NCBI GenBank assembly: GCA_965205015.1
Contig: OZ242029.1
Span: forward strand, 192,001-256,000
Direction: 5' to 3'
DNA from: Candidatus Poribacteria bacterium
GTDB lineage: Bacteria > Poribacteria > WGA-4E > WGA-3G
DNA length: 64,000 nucleotides
Under the pieces are notes generated by a model. The model was given only the letters and a program-made list of their open reading frames with translations, did not search any database and was not told the origin of the DNA. The translations under genes and the position numbers were made by a program. How positions within the stretch are numbered: position 1 is the first letter of the stretch; every line of letters starts with the position of its first letter. This document shows positions 39,986 to 48,681 of the stretch, piece by piece.

Positions 39986-41050
39986 TTAAAATTGGAGCCC
40001 CATACTCACCCTATGTACCTGTTGTAGACGTCCGAAGTCAGCATAGGCATAATCGAGAGAAAGCACCCTTCTGCCAAGGTTCAGGTGGATACCCAAACCG
40101 AGTGTAAGCCCCTCTTCATCGTCGGCGCGGTCCTCACCCAACCGGAATTTGTACCCGCCACGAATCGCCGCCATTTTTCTGTACCAGTACTCCATGCCGA
40201 TGTTCAACCGTTCACTGTTGTCATTCGGATGATTGGCATCGAGGGCGAGGGTGAGAAGATTGCTACCGGAATCAACAATATCGTAGGCGAGTCCGAGCCG
40301 GAAATTGGAGGGTAGCGGGAACTCAATCGTCTCCAATTCTGCTTTCCGTGCTGGATTCGTTGTATCTGGAAACGGACGATAACTCGCTATCCTCGGGTCA
40401 CCCGCAACTTCTGCCCCGCTTGTCAAATCGGGACCGCCGAAGCGCATCTCCGGTCCAAAGTTCGAGAAACACATCCCGATCCGTAAACTTCGCCAGCCGG
40501 TATGGTATAAGGTGCCGACATCAATAGCAACACCTCTGGCACTTTCGCGGTGGATCTGCTGATGGATGTATTTCGCGTTAATACCGACAGACAACTTAAC
40601 GCCGGATTCCTGCTCGTAAAGTTGCCGGGCATACGCCAACGAAACAGCGGTATCATAAGCGGAATACCAGAGTCCCGTCCCGTCCGGTTTTGCGAGCGTG
40701 GTGATCTCCGTATCAGGGACGTTGAGAAATGTGACGCTCGCGCCCACGGTGCCGATGTTTTTTATGGGCGTTGCGAACGCCAGATAGTTATACCGGACAT
40801 CGGCAAGCCAGACGGTATGTGTGTCCGAAAAACTGGTTTTTTCGAGTTGGCTTATCCCTGCTGGGTTCCAATAGATGCTGGTTACGTCGTTGGCGAGCGC
40901 GCCAAACGCACCCCCGAGACTGTCTACCCGTGCCCCAGGACCGATTTTCAGAAACTGGGCACCCGCTGTGCCGACATTGGTGGTCGCCTGACTCGGAACA
41001 CTCCACAGTAAAAGAAGTATGAATAATAACGTGGAAATTATATGTCGCAT
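39986..41050 (-). CDS. PorV/PorQ (UPF0164) family outer-membrane beta-barrel
   Basis: FLKIGPGAR...GGAF.ALAND...IYWNPAG; ends DYAY..FG.L...HRVSMGLQF. Confidence 0.85.
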   Translation of the reverse strand: MRHIISTLLFILLLLWSVPSQATTNVGTAGAQFLKIGPGARVDSLGGAFGALANDVTSIYWNPAGISQLEKTSFSDTHTVWLADVRYNYLAFATPIKNIGTVGASVTFLNVPDTEITTLAKPDGTGLWYSAYDTAVSLAYARQLYEQESGVKLSVGINAKYIHQQIHRESARGVAIDVGTLYHTGWRSLRIGMCFSNFGPEMRFGGPDLTSGAEVAGDPRIASYRPFPDTTNPARKAELETIEFPLPSNFRLGLAYDIVDSGSNLLTLALDANHPNDNSERLNIGMEYWYRKMAAIRGGYKFRLGEDRADDEEGLTLGLGIHLNLGRRVLSLDYAYADFGRLQQVHRVSMGLQF

Positions 41051-41062
41051 GTATTTCTCCTA

Positions 41063-44038
41063 TTATCGGATAATAGCAAATCTGCCGATCTTGTTACCGA
41101 CGACTTCATCACTTTCGTCTCTGGCTTCAACATGGAAGATATAAACACCGCTTGCGAGTGCCTGATTGTAGCGGTTGAGGAGCTCAAATGATGCCGTCCC
41201 GCCCTTGTCCCCTTGTGCTCGTTCCCCCGGGTTATAAAGGGCAATGCTCTCGTGTTCAAGCGTTCGTACTAATTCACCTGCTAATGTGTAAATCCGTATC
41301 GTACACCGCGGTGGGAGGTGCGTGAAGAAAATCTTATCCGTTCCTTCGGACAGTACTGCTCTGTTCGTAACGAAATAAGGGTTTGGAACGACCCGAATTT
41401 TTCCAAGATCGGCTTCAATGTCTTCGGGTGCAAGCGTTTCCCCCTTTGTATTTAGGAGGAACTGATCGCCGTCCTGTGGGGCACTGACGCCTCCCATTTC
41501 AACAGTGAAGACATCTCCAGCAGAGATTTCACCGTTCGGATCTTTTATATACACATAGCCACCTCGGATGTAAATACGGAAGAAACCCGGTGTTTCCGCT
41601 GGATTATATGTATCACGCCAACCCGTGCCTGTGAGAATAGCGTATCCAGCGGCGCGCTGGTCGTTGAATTGAATTTCTTCACCCGTATCTTCATCTACCA
41701 CCTTGACGTGAGTATCGTCGACAAACGTGATCGAATATGTATGTGGCCGATAGTAGGTTGCCCAATAGATGTTGGGCCAGGTATTCTCACCAAAACCGGG
41801 GGATTGGATGTTCACCTCCCACCCTGTCACTGTGCCCGCCGTCAATTTAACGTCGTTAATCGGATTTTCCATGGGACTGCCGTAGAATACGTTGACCCCT
41901 GTTATCTTCAAGATGATCCCATCAAACATCGGGGAGAGCACTTCAACAGCCTCACCGTGACCAGGGTCGAACCAGTCAAAAGATTGTTTTTCGACGACAG
42001 TTGCGTCGGTCGTCATATTCACAATCTCATAGGCGGGGGGTTGATACCCGGGCCCCGTGATATATGCTGCTGGACCTATCTGTTTCGCGCCGTACCAGAC
42101 CATCTTGTATTGATGCCCCGTTATTTTGTTCGGTGCGAGTACCGTCGGTTCGACGGTAACGCTTCCCTGTCCCTGCTGCTCTATATCAGCAGTCGGTTCT
42201 CGGTATCCTGCCGGTTGGGGACGTGGAACAACGTGAACCATCGTCTCGATTTGGCTACTCTCCATTGCGATCAACCCGGTTTTTGGGTTGCCTGTATCAA
42301 ACGAGGTCACCGCATACGTGTATTCAAGTCCGTTGGTTAAGTCTGCGTCGGTGTAGAATTTCTTGATGCCTGCGTCCTCGCCGAGTGCCTGCGAAGGGGT
42401 CGAGACGACTTGGAAGATATCGCCAGCAACGGGCGGTCCCGAAGGACCGTCGCTAATTTGCACGTAGAGCCCACCGAAATAGATCCGAGCACCGGAACGA
42501 TATGTACCGTCAGGATACGGTTCGCCTGTATTCGGGTCTTTGATAACAACGTATCCACCACCGTTCCCGGGGAACGCAGCGTTATACGCCATAACCTCCC
42601 ACAGCGTCGTGTTAATGACTTCAAAATCTGTGCTGGAGTTGAATTTGATGACGTAGACGGCATTCTTGAAGAAATCGGCGAAGAACGGTTCATCCCCCAT
42701 GCTTTCAATGGTGGCATCCGACTGCTTACCGACATGCGACACCGTAAAGAAATTGCCCGTCGCACTCGGTTTGTCGAATTCCATCAGCATCGTCCAATCT
42801 TCGACCGGATTGCCGGTGGATTCATCATAAGAGACATCGCGCCTATAAACCCGATATCCCTCAAAAATTTTCTCCGGATCGGTCACATCGACATATTCTT
42901 CAATGCTCTTACCGACGCCGGCATCAACCCAGCGTCCCTCGCTCTCCCAGACGAGTGTCACCTGTTTATCAGCAGGATAAGCAGTTACCAACGGGGAAGG
43001 GGGTGGTGCCGGTGCAACGTAACCGTCGTCATATAACTTCTGTGCCCAGTCCGAAGACGCTTGTAAACCCGCAAGCCCTTCACCGATTGCCACCGCGATG
43101 ATGATGTTGAAGGACTCACCCGGGGCAAACGATTCAATCGGTCCGTAGGATTGGATAAAGCGTTGATCGTCATAGTTGGCTGGGAGAGGCTCAACACCGG
43201 GTGTGCTGATGAGGGCGTACATCTCTGCATCCGTCGTTGGGTCTGTGGAGATCGTAATCCGTTTGTGTGCTGTGAAAGGGATTTTTGCCGCTGGATCTTC
43301 TGCATTCTCCCCTATATACGCATCCAATACCCGTAACCCGATATACCCAGGGGCGGAAGCGTTGGAGAATCCGTAAGAGAGGTAACGGTTGGGGTGATCC
43401 ACAGGATTGAGGGCATCTGGTGTCTGATCCAGAGCGACAAAGTCGTCAGCAGAGTAACTGGCTGTCCCTGTCTCGTTACTGGAGATGTCCACATCGTACC
43501 GGAACGCCATAAACAGATCTTCAAGCGTGTCGCCACCGACATTTTTGACGTTATACTCGAGAATAAAGAAGTCGTAGAGCGGTGCGTAACTCCACTGAAA
43601 TCCGTTAACGACGATTTCTAAACCCAGAATTAAATCCTTATTCGCCTCCGGATTTGTATCGGAGCATTTGAACATGATGGATTGATTCGTCGGCGTTCCC
43701 TTTGTCGTTACACCGGGTTTGTTTGAGATGACCTCTGGTACATCGTCAGCGGGCCAGATTTCGCTGTGCCTGCCATCCGCCTCAGCAACGCCGACTTCAC
43801 CGTTTCTCTTCGCACCGATCCAGATGTCTCCTTCATAGATATAGGAATCGTTTGTGCCCGCGGGCCACCAGCCTGAAGGGTTCGCTGTAGGGTTGCTCGG
43901 AAACCCGACGACTGCGGTGTTATAGATAGCAGAGGACAGGTTGCCCACATCCAGTGCCTTCCAATCCACGTCTGCCCTCGCCGACACCGCGACGCATCCC
44001 AAAATTGTAGATATACATATAAATCGTAATAATTTCAT
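41063..44038 (-). CDS. Large exported protein with Fn3-like segments and a T9SS-CTD/FlgD-like C-terminal domain
   Basis: Signal peptide; FEGYRVYR, YTYAVTSFD; IRVVPNPY...TIRIYTLAGELVRTL...ASGVYIFHV. Confidence 0.8.
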   Translation of the reverse strand: MKLLRFICISTILGCVAVSARADVDWKALDVGNLSSAIYNTAVVGFPSNPTANPSGWWPAGTNDSYIYEGDIWIGAKRNGEVGVAEADGRHSEIWPADDVPEVISNKPGVTTKGTPTNQSIMFKCSDTNPEANKDLILGLEIVVNGFQWSYAPLYDFFILEYNVKNVGGDTLEDLFMAFRYDVDISSNETGTASYSADDFVALDQTPDALNPVDHPNRYLSYGFSNASAPGYIGLRVLDAYIGENAEDPAAKIPFTAHKRITISTDPTTDAEMYALISTPGVEPLPANYDDQRFIQSYGPIESFAPGESFNIIIAVAIGEGLAGLQASSDWAQKLYDDGYVAPAPPPSPLVTAYPADKQVTLVWESEGRWVDAGVGKSIEEYVDVTDPEKIFEGYRVYRRDVSYDESTGNPVEDWTMLMEFDKPSATGNFFTVSHVGKQSDATIESMGDEPFFADFFKNAVYVIKFNSSTDFEVINTTLWEVMAYNAAFPGNGGGYVVIKDPNTGEPYPDGTYRSGARIYFGGLYVQISDGPSGPPVAGDIFQVVSTPSQALGEDAGIKKFYTDADLTNGLEYTYAVTSFDTGNPKTGLIAMESSQIETMVHVVPRPQPAGYREPTADIEQQGQGSVTVEPTVLAPNKITGHQYKMVWYGAKQIGPAAYITGPGYQPPAYEIVNMTTDATVVEKQSFDWFDPGHGEAVEVLSPMFDGIILKITGVNVFYGSPMENPINDVKLTAGTVTGWEVNIQSPGFGENTWPNIYWATYYRPHTYSITFVDDTHVKVVDEDTGEEIQFNDQRAAGYAILTGTGWRDTYNPAETPGFFRIYIRGGYVYIKDPNGEISAGDVFTVEMGGVSAPQDGDQFLLNTKGETLAPEDIEADLGKIRVVPNPYFVTNRAVLSEGTDKIFFTHLPPRCTIRIYTLAGELVRTLEHESIALYNPGERAQGDKGGTASFELLNRYNQALASGVYIFHVEARDESDEVVGNKIGRFAIIR

Positions 44039-44147
44039 TTTTTTAATTTTCCTTGCGGATAAGTAATAGTTTCTGGAACTTGAAGGTTTTCGTTTTCGAG
44101 TTGAAAAAACTCCCAAGCAAAAACACCTCCACTTCGTTTCGGGCTTG
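44039..44147 (-). repeat. Second copy of the ~110-bp start-codon-abutting repeat
   Basis: Reverse complement aligns along its length with 21446-21555 and ends at ATG 44038. Confidence 0.85.
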
Positions 44148-44173
44148 GCACTTTGGAATATTTGTCAGAGTTA

Positions 44174-44236
44174 TCAGTTTTCAGCAGAAAGTGCAGCCTC
44201 GTAATCTGCCTCGGTCTTAATTGGTTTAACTTCCAT
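44174..44236 (-). pseudogene. Truncated HigA-type antitoxin N-terminus
   Basis: Translates MEVKPIKTEADYEAALSAEN*, cut off by a heptamer repeat tract. Confidence 0.6.
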
Positions 44237-44238
44237 TG

Positions 44239-46047
44239 TTAATCGGTCTCCGTAATTTCAAAAACCCGATAGTGTTGCGTTTTTCCGTTTCCGATGTCCA
44301 CTTCGCCTTCAATGAACACCGGATAATTGTAAACCGTTTCTTTGACAGAGAAAAGATACGGAATCGCACCCGCTTCACGCGCTGTTTTGGCTTGGCTCTT
44401 GAAATCGCGAGGCGCCTTCATGTGCTTATTGTAAATCTGATACGTTGACCTGTCGGCGTAATACATCAAATCGAAGTGCGCCCCGACGCGTTCATCGTCA
44501 AGAAAGAAACAGGCGTTCTCTGGCATCTCACGTTGGAGACGTTGTCCACTCTTTTCATATAGAGGGACCTGACGATTCCGCTCCGTGACCCTGTAAGCCG
44601 CATGCACATAGTGTCCTGCATAGAACAACGCAATTATCAGTGCGACCGTACGGAGCCCGAACCCTATCCACCTCTGCACATTACGGTGGCGAACCAGCAT
44701 ATACACACCGGCAAAAATCGCCAACAACACCCCGAAGCCGATCAGTTGCTCAACAATCCAGAAATTCGTTTCAATAAAAGGCGCGAATCTCTTGAGTCCA
44801 TCGAACTGGTCCCGACTCTTGACGAGGGTGCGTCCGCCAGTGATAATCGTAATCGCGAGCATCCCCGCTATCCAAATAGAGGTATAAATCCAGTCCCGCC
44901 GTTGCCATGCTCGGCTGATGACCGCTGCGAGACACATCAGTAGCGGTGGCACGGCAATCATCGTCGCCGATGGCGTTTTCGTCTGGGCAAGCGTGTGCGG
45001 GACAATCACGCCGACACCCCACGCTAACACGAAAAGTTCCGCTAACTGCCAGCGTCTGAACATAACCACGATTAGACATAACGCCGCCGCAACGAGCGCG
45101 ACATAGAACACCGGATAAAACAGTGGCATGTAATCAAACAGCGGTCGATCCCAACTTGCCCCCCAGCTTTCAATATCGGTGTTGAGGTGATCCAACACGC
45201 GCTTATGTTCCCAAAGGAATTCCTTACGATAGTAAATCAGGCAATAGGTGACCCACGGTGCAACTGTCGCAATTGCCGCCAAGAGTTGCAACCCAATATC
45301 CCCGAGACGAATCTTTGCGTCTATCGCATCGGCTTGTAACCCGTCACCCGATACACGTCTCTCGCTATAGATTTGCTGGGCTCGTGCAATACACCAAACG
45401 ACAAGGGCGATACCGAAAGTGATGAGGGCAAGGTAACTTTTCGACAGATACGCAACACCCATCGCAACGCCGGATAAGATGTAATTCCGCCGCTTTCCCG
45501 TCCGAATCGCCCGGAGTAGGAACCAACACGACACCTGAACCCAAAGCAACAAAGCGATGTCAATGTGATCCGAATAGCGATAGCCGTGAATCGACTCAAA
45601 GAGAAACGGGTTAAACGCTTGAAGAAACGCCGCAATGAGTCCAGCCCGTTTGTCAAAGAGATCCGCGGCAATCCGATACGTTAACCAGGTCGTCACAACT
45701 AAACTGACTGCGGACGGCACCCGGAGTGCGAACGCATTAATGCCAAAAACGAGATGTGAGAGCCAGATTGTCCACATCGCCACCGGTGGTTTATGTAGCC
45801 AGATGTGGTTCTCGCCCCACCCTTTATAGTCGTAAGGGAGCCACGGTTGATCGTAGAGCGTAAATTTGAGCGGATGCTTCGTCAAATTCCGCGCAACGAC
45901 GGCATGAAACCCTTCGTCCCAATACGTGATCCCGCTATGCCCAAGATTCCGCAGCACCAAAATCCCTGAGGCAATCAGAATGCAAAGTAGGACGATTTTT
46001 ACGAGTGTAAATTCGCTGTTTAATCGGAAACCCTCAAAGTTCATCAA
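44239..46047 (-). CDS. ArnT/PMT-like GT-C glycosyltransferase (family 39/83)
   Basis: WDEG.H, KPP..W, FG...FALR.PS, many TM helices. Confidence 0.85.
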   Translation of the reverse strand: MMNFEGFRLNSEFTLVKIVLLCILIASGILVLRNLGHSGITYWDEGFHAVVARNLTKHPLKFTLYDQPWLPYDYKGWGENHIWLHKPPVAMWTIWLSHLVFGINAFALRVPSAVSLVVTTWLTYRIAADLFDKRAGLIAAFLQAFNPFLFESIHGYRYSDHIDIALLLWVQVSCWFLLRAIRTGKRRNYILSGVAMGVAYLSKSYLALITFGIALVVWCIARAQQIYSERRVSGDGLQADAIDAKIRLGDIGLQLLAAIATVAPWVTYCLIYYRKEFLWEHKRVLDHLNTDIESWGASWDRPLFDYMPLFYPVFYVALVAAALCLIVVMFRRWQLAELFVLAWGVGVIVPHTLAQTKTPSATMIAVPPLLMCLAAVISRAWQRRDWIYTSIWIAGMLAITIITGGRTLVKSRDQFDGLKRFAPFIETNFWIVEQLIGFGVLLAIFAGVYMLVRHRNVQRWIGFGLRTVALIIALFYAGHYVHAAYRVTERNRQVPLYEKSGQRLQREMPENACFFLDDERVGAHFDLMYYADRSTYQIYNKHMKAPRDFKSQAKTAREAGAIPYLFSVKETVYNYPVFIEGEVDIGNGKTQHYRVFEITETD

Positions 46048-46050
46048 TAG

Positions 46051-46210
46051 TTATAGATTCAGCGTTTGTAACTTGGTTTTTTCCGCATCGAGGACATCCA
46101 GAAAATTGTTCCACACTAACCATCCATGTTCGTTGAACCTTGCTCCCAGTTTGATGTAAAAACCTTCACTACCGCCCTTGTGATCTACACAGACCTCATT
46201 GTAGTGGGTG
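46051..46210 (-). pseudogene. C-terminal gene fragment, possibly GNAT acetyltransferase
   Basis: Open frame VCVDHKGGSEGFYIKLGARFNEHGWLVWNNF with no start. Confidence 0.3.
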
Positions 46211-46276
46211 TGAATTGCGTTGAACCCAGATTCACACTAAAAATGCAAAAATCCGAGAAATCTGTGAAATCCGCGT

Positions 46277-46810
46277 CTACTGTGTATTCGCATAAAATCC
46301 TAATCCAATGACGGCAGCTGCTGTCCCCGCTGCTGCCCATTTTGTCCGAAGCGATCGAGTTTTTGTCTTATAGGCATTGGTGTAAAACTCAACATATTTC
46401 GGTGATTTTCCGAGGAGCCGCTCAGGTGGCGGACCTCCCTGATAATTGTAAATTCCAATGAGTGGGATTAAGCCACCAACTATAGTACTCCAGCCCACTG
46501 CTGTCCTTCCGATGTCATGGGGGGTTGAGGCGTTCACTGGAGTGAATAAACTCACTACAATCCCTCCAGCGAGGTAACCAATGGTACCTCCGATACAGCA
46601 AGTTCCCACCCCCGTACCGAACCATAAAAGTCTATTGACATTGTTACTCGCGTCCTGTTCAGCGGCAACTTTAGCTTCAAGACTAACAGCGTTTGCATCT
46701 TGTGCTGTAGCAGTTTTGGCTTCAACCCGCACGGAATTCTTTTGCGCAAGGGTGGTAAACGGCATACCGAAAGTCAATACTATTATTAAAGCAGCCATTC
46801 TGTGAAACAT
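46277..46810 (-). CDS. Hypothetical membrane protein
   Basis: Signal peptide, TM segments, PPPERLLGKSPKYV. Confidence 0.65.
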   Translation of the reverse strand: MFHRMAALIIVLTFGMPFTTLAQKNSVRVEAKTATAQDANAVSLEAKVAAEQDASNNVNRLLWFGTGVGTCCIGGTIGYLAGGIVVSLFTPVNASTPHDIGRTAVGWSTIVGGLIPLIGIYNYQGGPPPERLLGKSPKYVEFYTNAYKTKTRSLRTKWAAAGTAAAVIGLGFYANTQ

Positions 46811-47144
46811 AGGCGGTAAAAGCCTTCAATTATTTTGGATCCGGTTATCACCCCTGAGTGTATGCAAGCGCGCACACTAAAAGTTTACGCTATGAAACTT
46901 TCGCGGATTATGAATCGCTTTCATGAAAAAGGGTGTCCGCCCATCTAAAATCTTGTAAGTAGTAACTTGGGTTACTATAGGTCAGATTCGTTGATTTTAT
47001 TGTAGATGTCGGTCCCCTTGGTGACTAATTCCTGACGGATTTCATTCCAATCTTCTCTGTCGGTTTTGCCTTTCTCAAGTACAGGAAATATATTTGACCT
47101 TTCAGATTACATTAAAGTGTTTGTAACTTAAAACTCGGTAAGAT

Positions 47145-47366
47145 TTAAAGTCTTTCAAATTCACTTGGCGTTAATCCTGCTTGGCGCAAAATGCTTCGCA
47201 GCAGACCAACCGAAATTTCGCGATGATATGGAACAATCGCTGTTTGAATCCCATCGCTGTTGTATCGGACAAATTTTACATGACTGCCTCGTTGATTCGC
47301 TATTGTGAATCCTGCCTTCTCGAGTTTACGTTTGACGTGACGATACGAGAGTGGTTTAAGCGGCAC
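47145..47366 (-). CDS. hicA: HicA family toxin
   Basis: L.KAGF....QRGSH.KF, VPYH.EI..G.LRSILRQAG. Confidence 0.9.
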   Translation of the reverse strand: MPLKPLSYRHVKRKLEKAGFTIANQRGSHVKFVRYNSDGIQTAIVPYHREISVGLLRSILRQAGLTPSEFERL

Positions 47367-47565
47367 TGACTTTCGCCTCAAACTTCCGGATTACGGGTTT
47401 AAAACTTGGTTGAGGTGGCTCAAAGTACAGTTCCAACGCTTCCGCTAAGTTACTCAAAGCCTCTTCTTCGCTTTGACCTTGGCTTGCAATATCAACCTCT
47501 AAACATTGGGCGATAAACCAGTTATTTTCTCTCCAGATACTTGCCGTAAATGTTTGATTTTTCAT
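47356..47565 (-). CDS. hicB: HicB family antitoxin (short form, no DNA-binding domain)
   Basis: SQGQSEEEALSNLAEALELY. Confidence 0.88.
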   Translation of the reverse strand: MKNQTFTASIWRENNWFIAQCLEVDIASQGQSEEEALSNLAEALELYFEPPQPSFKPVIRKFEAKVSAA

Positions 47566-47589
47566 TTTCGATTTTTCCTTTCTCCGAGT

Positions 47590-47693
47590 TTATGGAACTT
47601 ACAACGACACGTGTCCCTTCCTACACATCACTGCGTGCTTCCGAGAGTTCAATTTTACCATCGCGATAAATACCTTCAATAGTTTACTGACAT
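47590..47693 (-). pseudogene. Decayed DUF104-like antitoxin
   Basis: ATG at 47693, then a frameshift to TIEGIYRDGKIELSEARSDV*EGTRVVV with an internal TAG. Confidence 0.55.
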
Positions 47694-47695
47694 GG

Positions 47696-47908
47696 TTATT
47701 TCTCCTTATCCCTCTCCTCCAATATGGAACGTAACGCTTCATTAACGGCTTCTTCAGTGGGAAAAGCGGCGGCAACATCCGGTTCAAGGCGGACAATATT
47801 TGTTCCAGCAGCATATTGTTTCGCATATTTCCCACGAATGCCATCTTTTAGCAGCGTTTCGTCGTATTCGGGACGCAATTCGTCGTTAAGTCCATTTTTG
47901 TCAGTCAC
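47696..47908 (-). CDS. BrnA-like antitoxin partner
   Basis: DELRPEYD, RGKYA, V.LEPDV...FP....VNEALR; GTG start overlaps the brnT stop. Confidence 0.75.
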   Translation of the reverse strand: MTDKNGLNDELRPEYDETLLKDGIRGKYAKQYAAGTNIVRLEPDVAAAFPTEEAVNEALRSILEERDKEK

Positions 47909-48173
47909 TTTCGTATATCCTCCTTTCTCGATGGGTAACTTTACGAGCACTAATAATTCGGATCCGTTGCCCGCGATCCGTATGAGAAATAATAAGTAAT
48001 TGTCCTTGAACTGACTCACCAATCGTAATATATCTGGCTTCATCACGCAGGCGATCTGGATCGGGAAATGTAAGGGACAATGGGTCGCTAAATACAGTTG
48101 ATGCTTCGTGAAAAGATATATTATGTTTAGCAAAATTGCTTGTTGCTTTATTAGGGTCCCACTCAAATTCCAT
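47901..48173 (-). CDS. brnT: BrnT family toxin
   Basis: MEFEWD.NKA.SN..KH.ISF.EA..VF.D, IRIISAR. Confidence 0.9.
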   Translation of the reverse strand: MEFEWDPNKATSNFAKHNISFHEASTVFSDPLSLTFPDPDRLRDEARYITIGESVQGQLLIISHTDRGQRIRIISARKVTHRERRIYESD

Positions 48174-48205
48174 CGTGTCAACTTAACTATTATCTATTGT
48201 CCATA

Positions 48206-48673
48206 TTAGGATTGGCTCGCAAAACCCTCATAGCGAGGCTGCAAACGACACTGAACAAATGCCTCTAACAAGTTGAGAACCCACTTGCCCATATCAGCAT
48301 CAAGTAGGAAATTCACCCGGTCTGTGCTTTCCTTGATCCAGTTAGATATATTTTTCTCATTCAAACCGTATCTTTGAACAGAGTTTTCATCTTTCAGGAT
48401 TGATGCGGCTAAAGTACTTGGTGCTGAACCTGGATTGTAATGTTGACTCGTATATCGGGCCTGAGACCGAGAACCGGCTTTGCCAACTTTCAAAACACAT
48501 TCTTTATTAAAGAATACATACACCGCCATTTTCCCTTTAGGTAGATTCCTCGGTGGTTTATGTGGCATCGTCCAGGTTTCAATACCGATATCACTCGGTT
48601 GTATTCCAATTCCGCCCAGTTTGGCGACCATTAAAAAATCGTCTCGGAGTTTTTCAGGATCCCAATTCATCAT
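48206..48673 (-). CDS. GIY-YIG-like nuclease fold protein
   Basis: AVYVF....LKVGKAG...R..QH, LE..L.PRYEG. Confidence 0.5.
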   Translation of the reverse strand: MMNWDPEKLRDDFLMVAKLGGIGIQPSDIGIETWTMPHKPPRNLPKGKMAVYVFFNKECVLKVGKAGSRSQARYTSQHYNPGSAPSTLAASILKDENSVQRYGLNEKNISNWIKESTDRVNFLLDADMGKWVLNLLEAFVQCRLQPRYEGFASQS

Positions 48674-48681
48674 TTTCCATC

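Noticed and set aside
47909-48181. N-terminal part of the 161-aa ORF 47696-48181
   Set aside because: Alternative frame of brnT; the real gene starts at GTG 47908
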